A DNA stretch of 64,000 bases from the NCBI GenBank assembly GCA_964016885.1, contig OZ024742.1:237150001-237214000 (forward strand), given 5' to 3'. The position numbers and the translations under genes are program-made. Below are positions 26,863 through 39,233 of the stretch, in pieces (the stretch's first letter is position 1; every line of letters begins with the position of its first letter). This DNA comes from Eledone cirrhosa. Its lineage: Eukaryota. Below the pieces are notes generated by a model that worked only from the letters and a program-made list of their open reading frames with translations, was not told the origin of the DNA and did no database searches.

Positions 26863-27247
26863 GGGCAGAATGGCACTTACAGCATATCCATTCCTCCCAA
26901 CGCCCCCTTTTCCTCTAGTGAAGCTTCTAGCTCACACTGTAAGATGGTTGTGATGGCGACATGGCAAAAAGCACCCAGCCGAAACTGTAAAGCGGTTGTG
27001 TATGCGTCATGAGATAAAGCCTCCGGCCCACACTGAAAAGTAGTCAAATAGGTGTCTTGACAAAAAGTACCCAGTACTCACTGTAAATGAGGTTAGCATT
27101 AGAAAGGGCATCCAGCTGTAGAAACCAAGCTCAAATTAGTTCTGTATGAGCAAGACATGGTCACCCGACCTAGCATTGCCCACAACAGAACAACCCGTCT
27201 AACCAATGCTAGTGTGGAAAAATGGACGTAAAACGGTGATGATGATG

Positions 27248-27282
<35 letters not shown>

Positions 27283-28269
27283 GAAGATTAACATCTAGAC
27301 AATTATAAAATTGTGATTGTCTGCTTTCAACAAAATACTTCCTTTTTTTTTATGTATTAATATTAATAGAAAATGAATGAACAGAAGTATTTGCCATGTA
27401 AATTTATAGAGCCTAAAAATATATATAAATACTTTTTTAAAATCATTTTGCTATTATAATGTACACATTCACACACACACACACAGGAGAAATGTACATA
27501 TGTATGCAAGCAACCATCCATACCTACTACATCCACTCTCTCCATATTTTTCTCCTTATTTTTGACCTTTCTTTCATTAGAATATGTTTGTATTACTATA
27601 CATAAACCTAAATACATACATTCATACACACCTGTATGTATGTATATACATATTTACATATGAAAATATATATATATATATATCATCATCATCGTTTTAA
27701 CATCTATCTTCCATGCTAGCATGAGTTATAAATATATGCATATATATATATATGTGTGTGTGTGTAGGTAAAAGGTAATCAGAAATAACAAAATCAACGG
27801 CACAGTACATGGAAGAAATATATTAGTTTAATGCTTGAAATAGCAGGCAGAGAGTCTTAACGTTTCAGACACTAGTTCTTCATCATTAGAAGATAGTTAG
27901 AAATAGAAGATAAATAGAAAGTAAAGAGCGATGAGAGGAAGGAACAGGGGAAAATGAGGAAAAAAACACACAGGCCTATTCAGTCAGCCATCTTATATAT
28001 ATATATGTGTGTGTGTGTATTTATATAGTGAAAAAAATGTGAATGTTAGAAAATGTTCCATACAGATTATGGTATATAAGGGAAATGATAATTTTAAAAA
28101 AATGGGTTTGAAAAGCACACCTGGTATATATATAAAAAGGATCTTTATAACATGTATAAAAAACTGATGTTATCAAAGCTTGCTTTCTCCATTCTGGGTC
28201 TTCAAAACATTTGTTATTAGGTTAAATTGTTTTTTCATTAAAACTCCTGCATGCTGATTTATGCTTACA

Positions 28270-29710
28270 TGGTCAAACTTCAGCAGAAAACAATGGAAAC
28301 AACTAAACAACCTAAATCTGGATAAAAATATTGTTATAAAAGAAGCTGACAAAGGAGGCACAGTTGTCTTTATTATCGATACAAACCATAACAAATATAT
28401 TATACAGAACATGCTACGAGACAATGCATATTATAAAGAAGCCAAGGAATACAAACGTCATAAGGTGATGAAACAACTCACTGATTTACTACACCCATAC
28501 CAAACCTGTCTAACAGACAAGGAATTTGACTAGCTCATAAATTTTAGAGGTAAAACAAGCAATCTGCATGGCCTACCTAAAGTGCAGAAACACTAGAAAC
28601 TAATTAATGAAACATGCAATCAAATGAAAACCAACTGTGTAAATGTACCCACACCAATTGACTTAAAACTAAGACCCATCATAGCAGACCTAATTTGTGA
28701 GACACATTGCCTAAGTAATTTCATAGACATCTTATTAAAATCTCTCAGCAAACACATCCTCCAGAGTTTTATATGAGTTTTACCAAATATAGTAAACCAA
28801 AATATTTACATGGTTTTATTTGATGTTGTGAACCTATATAGTAACATCTCTCATGACTACAGAATCAATACTATTCAACACTGACTAAATGCATTCCTTC
28901 ATGAGCTACCAGACCGTATTAATAGAAATTTCATCATAGAAAGTCTTGAATTCATCCTAAAAATAACTACTTCATATTCAGCAAAACACCCTACCGATAG
29001 AAATCAGGAACAGCCAACTTAATCAAGAGAAAATACCCTTTAAATAGAATCAACGATAGCATTCAAAAAGCAAAAAAAGATTAATATTCAAGTCCTCCGA
29101 GAAACAAAACCAAAAAAGGAAAAAACGTCATACCATACATCTCAACCTTTAACCACCAAAACAAAAATTTATACACACATACAACTAAACATACCTATAC
29201 TACAAAAAGACAAAAAAAAATGAAAAACCTCTTACAAAAATATCCTATTATTAAGAGTAAATGACAGCCGAAATCATTAAAATAATAATGACAAGGGCAG
29301 AGCTGCAAACCACAATTACAGAACCTCATGTGAAAAGATGTAACCGATCTCATTGTGGAATGTGCAACTACCTATTGGAAGGCCATGAATTTCACTTCAA
29401 AGACAGACCCATCTTCAAAATTAAGAATAACTTCTTGTGAAACTTGGAAAACATAATTTATGTTATAACTTGCTGAGGTTGCCACGAACTGTAGGACAAA
29501 TGGGGCTGACACTCAGACAAAGAATGACAGCCCATAGGCAGCAAATCAGAAACCTGTATACTAGAAAGAACTCTCTAAGCAAACATGTGGAGGCAAAATG
29601 CTACCAAAATTCAATGTTTTCCAATTGTACCAATGTAATTATGAAATCACAGAACAATGTCAAATTGATAAAGAGAAAATGTTTATCAGAAAATTCAAAC
29701 CAAGTTTCGA
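28270..29710 (+). mobile_element. Decayed Penelope-like element (RT + GIY-YIG, internally deleted)
   Basis: IVIKEADKGGTVV, HGLPKV, LRPIIA and FDVVNLYSNI motifs, plus GIY-YIG remnant GQMGLTLRQRMTAHRQQIR. Confidence 0.85.
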
Positions 29711-31257
29711 AAATCTTTTCAACACTAAAGGAAGGTAGAGTTACACCCCTTGTCACAGATTAAAAAAATGGTTTTACACACAAGCAACAACAACAAAAAA
29801 AATCAGTTGTACCCCTTACTTTAGCAAGGATAGAAGTGACCCAAACTATATAATCGAAAATCAGCATGCAGCAGGTTTAACAGAGTCAATTTAACCTAAT
29901 AACAAATATTTTGAAGATCCAGAATGGAGAAAGCAAGCTTTGCTAACATCAATTTGTTTGTACATGTTATAAAGATCCTTTATATATATATATATATACT
30001 AGGTGTGCTTTTCAAACTCATTTTTTTAATTATAATTTTCCTTATTCCTTATATTTATTTATATACATACATATATATATATATTATTTGTATAAGAATA
30101 TTTATGTATGCACATGCATATATAACAAATTACACATATACATATATGTATATACGTATGTGAATATATGTGTGTATATGTGTATGTACGTGAAGAGTGT
30201 GTGTGCGTGTATACATCCATTTGGAAGAATGTGAAAAGGAGAGAGAGAGACGAAAAGAGCAACAGATAGACAGAATTTAATCATGCATATAGTAAATCAG
30301 ATTATACAGGATGATTTCATACCCAATAGCAACATCAACTGCAACAAGGGCAAAGGAGATGTACTAGACAAAAGAAACCACAGGGGCATCAAACTGATGA
30401 ACCAAGACATGAAAGTCACTGATAAAGTTATACTATAACTAATTAAAAATAGTTAAACTAGATATAGTTTGGTTTTGCCCTATTCCTTGTAAGACAACTG
30501 CAAGAGAAATATTTTATTACCTCTTTCCATGCTGGCCTAGTTTGTACAGGTTGTCATAGTCTGTGACCAAATAGGACAGAGTAAACTCAACTCGCATTCC
30601 ATATTTGGCATGGTTTCTATGACTGGATGCTTTTTCTAATGCCAACGGCCTTACAGATGCAGTTTTTCATGGCACTAACAATACCACTTTATAGATTGTA
30701 CTGGGTGCAAGTTATCATGATACCAACACTACAGATGTTCATCCAGACTGAAGAACTCTCTGAAATTCTAATTGTCTCTGATCACCAGCACTGTAGCCTC
30801 AGGTCTCTCACCATGTTTACTTTTAGTGTCACACTGTATAATCAACGTAGGGAGACGGTCACTGAATAACCAGACTTGTCACAGTATTCGACATCCATCA
30901 AACAGATTGAAGTGAGTGAACTTAGCCACGCTGAGGCAGGTATAAGCATTAATGTCTTGGTTTATTACATCCAGAATTCTCATTATATTCTTCACAAAAG
31001 AGCAGCTATTTATGTTAGTTCAAGTCTGACAAAGTGTCTAATGTTTCCTCAAATATAAACAAAAGACCATTAACTCAACAATATAACACATGAAAGGACT
31101 TTATTGTTATTGACAGCGATGATGATGATAATAATAATTTTCATTTTATAAGGTTTCTCTAGCAACCGGTTGCTATGTAAAATGTGTTAATTGGCTTCAG
31201 GTCAATGACTAATCTCAGAAGCTCAATATTATTATTTATATCAATAATAATAACAAT

Positions 31258-32472
31258 ACAGTCACCTTTATATAGATGATATCAAGCTATTTGGAAACAA
31301 TGATGGGCAGCTGGAAGGTTTACTGTACACAGTGAAACAATTCAGTGATGACATCCATATAGAATTTGGACTGGACAAGAGTGCAAAAGCCAATTCAAGA
31401 GAGGGTTGTTCTCTAACCATAAATATATTTTCATAGACCAACAAACTACCATAAAAGAACTTAATGAAGAGTTCTACAAATATTTTGGAATTAATGAAGG
31501 AGATGGAATCCAGCATGCAAGTATGAAGGAAAAGATACGGAAGGAGTACATAAGGAGAGTGAGACTGGTAACAAAAAGTGAGCTAAAATCCTGCAACAAG
31601 TTCAAAGCCATTAATAGTCTAGCAGTACCAGTTGTATGTAACATACAGCTTTAACATCATAAACTGGAACCTACAAGAAATACAAAGGTTGGACACTAAG
31701 ACAAGGAAATTATTGACAACAGAAAAAATGCACCACCCTAAAACTGATGTACATAGGCTGTATATCTCAAGGAGAGAAGGTGGAAGGAGGCTCTGACAAC
31801 TGGAAGCTGCATAAAAAACAGCAACTATTGGATTGGATAGCTACCTCCACCACACCAGAGATGAACTCCTTATGCCTGCACTCAAGCATGAAGGAATTAA
31901 GAAACTACACTCAATAACAAAAGAGGCAAGAAAATTTAGGCAAAAACTGAACATGGAACAAGACATACCCATAGAAAATCAACAACAGAGTGCTGCACAG
32001 CTAGCCATGACTGTGAAGATTAAAGCAAAGAAACTCCAAACCATGGATGGAAGGCAAAACCACCACATGGTAGATTCACAGAACGACTTTCTGACAATGA
32101 TATCAATCAGCATGGCTCACTATCCTGACTCAGAAGTGCTGGTTTGAAAGCAGACACTAAGGGACTCTTAGTTGCTGCACAATACCAATCTCTAAACACT
32201 CGGGCCTATAGACAGAGAATAGTGAAAGGTGGGACTAGCCTTCTATGCAGAATATGCTACAAACATGAAGAAATGGTAGATCATGTTATCTCCAGGTGTC
32301 CAGGGCTGGCAAATACTGACTATATCAAAAGACACAACTGCATTGCCAAATATGTGCACTGGATGCTCTGCCGCTCTCATGACATCCAAACTTCTGACGA
32401 ATGGTAAGAACATCAACCACACACAGTCATGGAAAAGGGCAACATATCCATCTTGTGGGATATACCTGTGAT
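31258..32472 (+). mobile_element. Decayed R4/Dong-like RLE non-LTR retrotransposon
   Basis: YIDDIKLF (RT), FGLDKSA, YKYFG, CCHC knuckle CRICYKHEEMVDHVISRC, YIKRHN and ILWD. Confidence 0.8.
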
Positions 32473-32776
32473 ACTCGTCCAATCCTTGTTAGAAATGAAC
32501 ATAATATGATGACAACAACAATGATTCAACTTGTACAGCAGGCCATTCTCTTCATCACCTATCAACTGGAAGTCTCAACCATTTCAGTACCTGCCAATGG
32601 TAGTAACAATGATGCTACTAGAGTAGTTCTGGTTGCTTCACCTTCACTGTAGCACCAATGTTTAGATATTTTGTGGTAAATCATTAAATGATGTGAAGAG
32701 TTAAGCATTGTTGATATGAAGCTGCATGTAAGCAATTGATGCTCACACACACACATACATGCAAGCAATTGATGCT

Positions 32777-32837
<61 letters not shown>

Positions 32838-33093
32838 ACATAAGCAAATATACAGATATACACATACATAAATGCATCCATCCATCCATTAGATGCAAGC
32901 ATATACACACATACATGCATGAATACATTCACATACAAATGTACACACTCATACACACAGTGAGCTTCTTTACAATTTGTGTATCAAATTCATTGACAAG
33001 GGATAAGTAGTTGGCCTGAGGTTATAATGGAAGTCACACACACATATACAAACAGGATTTGTGAAAGTAAAAATAAAAACTTAATAGACTCAC

Positions 33094-33190
33094 ATTTCTA
33101 ATTTCTTCATTTTTTATCAATGTTCTCAAGGCAACCAATGCACACAGCTGAACGGAGAAATGTGTATCTTGACAGGCGAGATCTAGGAGG
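33094..33190 (-). CDS. STK36: STK36-like exon
   Basis: tttctag|C CTC CTA GAT...AGA AAT|gtgagt. Encodes LLDLACQDTHFSVQLCALVALRTLIKNEEIRN, resembling STK36 '[24 protein letters not shown]'; 97 bp, phase 2 to phase 0. Confidence 0.9.
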
Positions 33191-33245
33191 CTAGAAATAA
33201 ACACAAATCTAATGAATATATATAAATTTATATATATTTATATAT

Positions 33246-33990
33246 GGAGGCACTTGGCTTACTGGTTAGAGCATTGGCCTCGCAATCGAAAGGTTGTGAG
33301 TTCAATTCTCAGACCGGGTGATGTGTTGTTTTCTTGAGCAAGACACTTTATTTCACATTGCCCAGTTTACTCAGCTGTAGAAATGAGATGATAGGGACTG
33401 GGGTCCATATCATTCCCCTGCAAAGTGGTCATGGAGGTGCCACGGCAAAAAAAGAACCCAGCACCCACTGTAAATGAGGTTGGTGTTAGGAAGGGCATCC
33501 AGCTGTAGAAATCAAGCCAGAATCAGTTCCTGTCCCACCCTTGCAAGCAGGGAAAAGCGGACGTAAAATGATGATGATGATTATATATATATATCATCAC
33601 CATCATCATCATCATCACTTTACGCCCGCTTTTCCTTGCTTGTAAGGGAGGGACGGGAACTGGTTCTGGCTTGATTTCTACAGCTGGATGCCCTTCCTAA
33701 CACCAACCTCATTTACAGTGAGTGCTGGGTGCTTTTTCGTGGCGCCTACACATCCACTTTACAGTGTGGGCTGGGTGCTTTTTTGCCGTGACATTTCCAC
33801 GACCACTTTGCAGTGGAATGATAGGGAACCCAGTCCCTATCATCTAATTTCTACAGCTGAGTAAACTGGAACAATGTGAAATAAAGTGTCTTGCTCAAGG
33901 AAACAACACATCCCCCGGTCTGAGAATTGAACTCACAACCTTTCGATTGCAAGGCCAATGCTCTAACCACTAAGCCATGTGACTCCACTA
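33246..33990. mobile_element. Tail-to-tail inverted pair of tRNA-derived SINEs (family B) with RTE-type 3' tails
   Basis: 33246-33580 (+) and about 33600-33990 (-). Each has a tRNA head (tggctta.tggttagagc, gagttcaattc), 'ttgagcaagacacttt', and 'aggaagggcatccagctgtagaaa...(atg)n'. Confidence 0.85.
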
Positions 33991-34729
33991 TATATATATA
34001 CACATATCATTTTAATCACTTAGCCAGCCAACACTATAAATACTCACTAATACCCACCACTATGTCCAAAATAATTGCACCTTTTCCACCTATTCAACTA
34101 AAATCAAGTAACATTACTAACTCCACCCCCACCACACATATATGTGCATATATATGTGTGTGTGCTTGTGTATCTGTGTACATATGACCCCAACAACACA
34201 CAAACACTTCCACCAGCACACCCACTCACATACACCTGCACATATATACACTAGCACATCCTCATAACTGCATATGCACATCCACACACACACACTGATC
34301 ACCATCTGCACGTGCAGTTAAACCTGCACACACACGGCTAGCTGTCACTACTAATACTCACCAACCCCCACAACTATGGCTAGAATACCCACCCATATTA
34401 AAACTTACACCAATTAACTTTACTAACTCATCCCACCACATATACCTGCACACACACACATATATATAAAAGACGTAAAATAAGAAAATTATAGTAATTA
34501 ACTCACTTAAATTTAAGTAAGTGAGGTAATTACTATAATTTTCTTATTTTACGTCTTTTATATAATTGTTCTACATCTCTTTGTATTGAACCACAAAGTT
34601 ACTAAGACAAAACTTATAACTCTGCTTGCGTAAGTATACATCTGTATAAATATGTTGGTAGATATACTAATTCTTTATATATATATATATATAAATATCC
34701 CTTCTACTTATATATATATATAATTTGTT

Positions 34730-35150
34730 GGAAATACAACAAATATAAATGTTTATAAATGATTCAGAGCACTCGACAGTTTCTGGAGTAAATATTCAAT
34801 GATATTAAATAAATGGAAACTATATTTATAAAATCATATTTATTCTATTATATATATTTCAAGGGTACCAAAAAACTTTGGTAAGTTTTCATCAGATAAA
34901 ATGCAAAGAGTGTTTTATAAATTTTGACATAGCCAAGGAATCAGTTGAATTTCCTTGGGTACTAATTTTCTTACTATCCAACGAAATTCAACTGATAAGG
35001 TATGATTTCCTTGGCTATGTCAAAATTTATAAAACACTCTTTGTATTTTATCTGATGAAAGCGTACCAAAGTTTTTTGGTACCCTTGAAATATATATAAT
35101 AGAATAAATATGGTTTTATAAATATAGTTTCCATTTATTTAATATCATTG
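34730..35150. mobile_element. Fold-back hammerhead-bearing element
   Basis: Arms about 34796-34945 / 35000-35150. Plus arm: tttat CTGATGA aagcgtaccaaag-ttt-tttggtaccctt GAAA t atat ATA atagaa. Confidence 0.75.
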
Positions 35151-35164
35151 TATATATATATAGT

Positions 35165-35895
35165 GGTGGAACACTGGAAGGTAATATCCATGGGACAAGT
35201 TAGGTAGAAGTGGTTACACAACAGTTAGTTCACCATACCGAGAACAATTGTTTCACCTTATCGGATCCTCAGCTCGGAATGGGCATGGTTATAGGAACAG
35301 GAAGTACAACCGTACGAAGGCGCATGCGCAGAAACCCGGTAACTTCGCACAGGCAATACTAGACTGCGTGTGAGAGGTGTAAGGGAGATAACTGCGAAAG
35401 TCCGAAAAGTTTCTGGATTGAAAATAAAATTACAAAGAATCAGTCCGGAGCCTTGTAGTTATGCAATAGGTGTTTGGCGATGTGTGGACAACGTGTGAAA
35501 AATTCATTTCTCGTGTTTAAGCAATCACTATTGCGTAATCTCTTTAGAATAGTTATTCGTTCATTAATACATAAGCCACACGTCGGATTTCCCCTTGCGT
35601 ATGGCTTGGACTTAGTGATGGATTTCCATTGAATGGAGTAGTCTATACTTGAGTCCTTGAGGGACCATACGTGGCACGCGAGTTTCATGTCTGTCCGGGT
35701 ACTTGAAGGTAGACTGGTGGTTCAGGAAACGTTCCTTAAATCGGCCCTCCGCCATGCCCACATAGGATTTGACCTCCTGTGGTTCGTTTGGTCGGTTGGA
35801 AGTGACCACAGCTTCATAAATTACGGCTGGTGTGTTGCATTGCTGTTGAAGTGGGCAAGCTTCAGGCTTACGGCAAGAACATCCTGGTGGGGTGT
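35165..35895 (-). mobile_element. Penelope-like 3' end (GIY-YIG + pLTR)
   Basis: AVIYEAVV...SYVGMAEGRFKERFLNH, then CGLCINERITIL...LNTRNEFFTRCPH (one frameshift). Confidence 0.85.
35238..35277 (-). ncRNA. Minimal hammerhead ribozyme motif at PLE 3' end
   Basis: ccgag CTGAGGA tcc-gataa-ggt GAAAC aatt GTT ctcgg. Perfect 5-bp stem I, palindromic stem III (AACAATTGTT), weak stem II. Confidence 0.7.
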
Positions 35896-36339
35896 TGCTA
35901 TATATAAATATATATATATGTGTGTGTGTGCTTGTACATCTGTGTTTGCACACATCACAAATACCACCACCACCACAAACAGCATATACACACGCTTAGA
36001 CACAAACACATGCACCATCCACTCCATCACCTTAATCACCACCTTCACCACCACCACTGCCACCATTACACCATCCATACCATTTGCCCTGGCAGCACCC
36101 ACTTTGTCATATAGAGTCATTCACCCACACTCAGCAAATTATCTATCAACTCCCTCACCCACCATACACTCCTTTGAACCTCCTTCCCCTACACTTTATT
36201 TGACCTCTGACCATAACACCCCCACCCCTAGTCCTCCATTAGAAGTCTGCTACCACCATCTCTCACATGCACACACACTTCCTGTGGCTTCCACTCACCC
36301 ACAATTTTTTTCTCTCCCACTCTACACACAGCCACTATA

Positions 36340-37611
36340 CAGGGTATAAGAGGTAAATTGGGACAAGTTTCAACAGGGTATATTTCTAAATGTATAGATT
36401 TTGTTGGAGTCTAAGTTTTAAATATTACCAACTTGAATAATCAGTTATTCATTTGTTCAATCTGAAATAAAAAATAGTATGTTAATAAAGAATTAAACTG
36501 TAGAAGTGTAATTGCCAACTATTCCATGTCTGCAATTGTGTTGCGGAGATTGTTAGAGCCACAAAGTATGCCAAATCTACTGTTTTTAGAGTTGTAGCCA
36601 ATTTGGAAAAAAGTCAGGATGTTCAGTGAAAGCTTTACAGTCCTTGCAGTGACCGAAAATGCACACCTTGCTTCTTAGAAAGACTTAAAATATCGATTGA
36701 GTCGAACCCATCAAAATCGATGGCAAATTTGGCTCAAGATTGAGGAATCAGTAAAATGACCGTTTCTAGGTCTGTGAGACAAGACCTCTATATGGAATCA
36801 TACGTGCGGAGACACCGTAACATCCTAACTAACCACTCAAAGCCATTTGAGTTGAAAGAAGTCCCAAATTTCTTAATTATCTGAAACATCCTGGCGGAGA
36901 CGTCCGCATCGTTGTTGATGAAAAGAAGTTCATGGTAGTTGAAGTTGCAAACCGTCAACACTTACAAGTGATAGCGTACGACCTTGCCCAAGTTCCTTCA
37001 GCTATGTATTGCAAGAATCCGGCTTCCATTATGGTCTTTGGGGCTGTTGCAAGTGATGAGAAATTGATGCCTCCATGTTTTATTCAAGCGGGTCTTAAAA
37101 TCATCACAGCAGAGTATCTCAAAATCTTAGAAGAAGTTTTGATGCCTTGGATTACGATGCAAATTGAGTCATGTTTGTACAAGATTCCACGCCTACTCAT
37201 TCTTCGAAAACAATGCAAGAATATTTGAAGAAAGAATTGCCCATGTTTGTCCCTAAAGATATTTGGCCATCTAGCTCACCAGATTTGAATTTGTGAGATT
37301 TTTGGCAATGTGGTGCAGTTGAAATAATATACAATGCAACTTCTCACAACTGTGTGTCTTCACTGAAGGCGTTGATCAAGTGAGTATTTGGTAAAATGAA
37401 AAAGGAAGAAATAGTTAAGGCATGAGAATCATTTTGTAAACAGATTGAACTGGTAAAGAAAGCAAATGGCAGTTACATTGAACTGAAATAAGTGCTAAAC
37501 AGTACACAATAAAGTGGCATAAACATAGAACTTGCAGTGTTTGATTTTTCTGAGTTATACCAATTATAATAAAAAATATTTAAATGGTCCCAATTTACTT
37601 GTTATACCCTG
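36340..37611 (+). mobile_element. Full-length decayed Tc1/mariner (maT-like) transposon
   Basis: TA|cagggtataagaggtaaattgggac ... gtcccaatttacttgttataccctg|TA. Motifs VDEKKF, IMVFGAVASD, FVQDSTPTH and WPSSSPDLN, with stops. Confidence 0.88.
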
Positions 37612-37819
37612 TACACTTCAGACTTACCAGCCTGAATACAAAAACCCATCCTTGACCATACTAGATAGAAAAATCCACCCCAATCACCCCATCTATACAC
37701 ACACTCGTGCAACCACACAATATGCACCAATAATCACACATCCCTGCCAAACACACATACAAACATACACATGCGCACATGTATGTACAAATGCATACAC
37801 AGGGATATGTGTGTATGGA

Positions 37820-39233
37820 TCATCATCATCATCATCATCATCATCGTTTAACGTCCATCTTCCACGCTTGCATGGGTTTGGACGGGAATTTTCCCACTTG
37901 AGGCAAGAGTGGTTGTCTTGCTCATATAAGACTGTCTGGCAGGTTTTCTACGGCTGGATGCCCTTCCTAACACCAACCACATTTACAGTGTGGACTGGGA
38001 GGTTTTTACCGTGTTACCTACACGGCCACATTACAGCGTGGACTGTGTTTTTTTTTTGTTGTGACACCTACACGACCTCATTTATTTCGGACTGGATGTT
38101 GTGGTACCAACATAACTTTACATTGAAAGGGGTGGTGTGGATGGGGTGGGGGTAGTGGGACAGGTGTGTATTTTTGTTAAGAGGTGCCTACTGACTGTAG
38201 GTTTCGCTTTGTACTTAGGCAAGGTGGGTCTTCTGTATTACTGTGTAGCACCAAAGAACTTGGTCCAGTGACATTGTCTTGGAGAGGTGTAAGTGTGTGA
38301 GGTCGGAATTTATCAAGTCGTCCCAGGTTTTTCTGGGTTTGCCTACTCCGTGGCTACCGTCTATTTTTATCGCCCTGCACTTTTTTATACAGCTGTCATC
38401 TTTCATGCGTATCACGTGATCATACCAACGTAGTCTTCTCTCGAGTAAACAACATCTGATCCCTCTTATTTCTAATTTTTCCCTTAGTTCATTTATGCTT
38501 TGCCGTTCACGTATATTACTATAACACATCCAACGGAGCATGCAAGCTTTGTTCCTCTGCACACAATGCCCAAGTCTCACTGCCATGTAACATTGCTGTT
38601 CGTATGCAGGCATCATACAGCCTGTCTTTCATTTTTAGAGAGAAACCTTTAGCGGCCAATAGTGGTATAAGCTCTCTGAACTTTTTCCATCCCGTTCTGA
38701 CTCTAGCTACTGTACTTTCAGAGCACCCTCCACCACTGCTGATTTTGTCACCCAGGTAACGGAAGGTGTCCACTATTTCTATAGAACCATCTGTGCAATG
38801 GAATGAGCTAGTATTCTGTGGGCACTTGCTGCTACTTATTGCACCTGAGCACCAGCCACATATAAAATCTATATTCTTAGTTAGCTTACCTGTGATCCCA
38901 ATACATTTTTTATGCACCCATACTTTGCATTTGGGACATAAAATGGAGTTTCTGCCTACTCCTTTCCTACACACTGAGCATGGCCATTTCCCAGATGGGA
39001 CCAGTGCCCTATTTTCCTTCCTACAAACTAGAACTTTAGTCTCAGACAGGTTAATTTTAAGGCCTTTTGATTCTAGGCCATGCTTCCATGTTTGGAATTT
39101 CTTCTCTAGTTCAGCCATTGATTAAGCTATGAGCGTTAGATCATCTGCGTATAGGAGTTCCCATGGGCAGCCGGTCTTGAACTCCTCTGTTATAGCCTGA
39201 AGGGCAATAATAAATAGTAGGGGGCTAAGGACG
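37820..39233 (-). mobile_element. 5'-truncated RTE LINE with 3' UTR and (GAT)n tail
   Basis: Very similar to 62566-63900: LLYADDL, PHD-like insert, FRYLG, RRLRWYDHV. (cat)n tail at 37820-37845. Confidence 0.92.

Noticed and set aside
33246-33320. tRNA gene candidates at SINE heads
   Set aside because: A/B boxes are present but there is no complete cloverleaf, and the sequence continues into SINE body and tail.
35657-36349. 230-aa plus-strand ORF
   Set aside because: Antisense of a PLE GIY-YIG region plus low-complexity CA-rich sequence.
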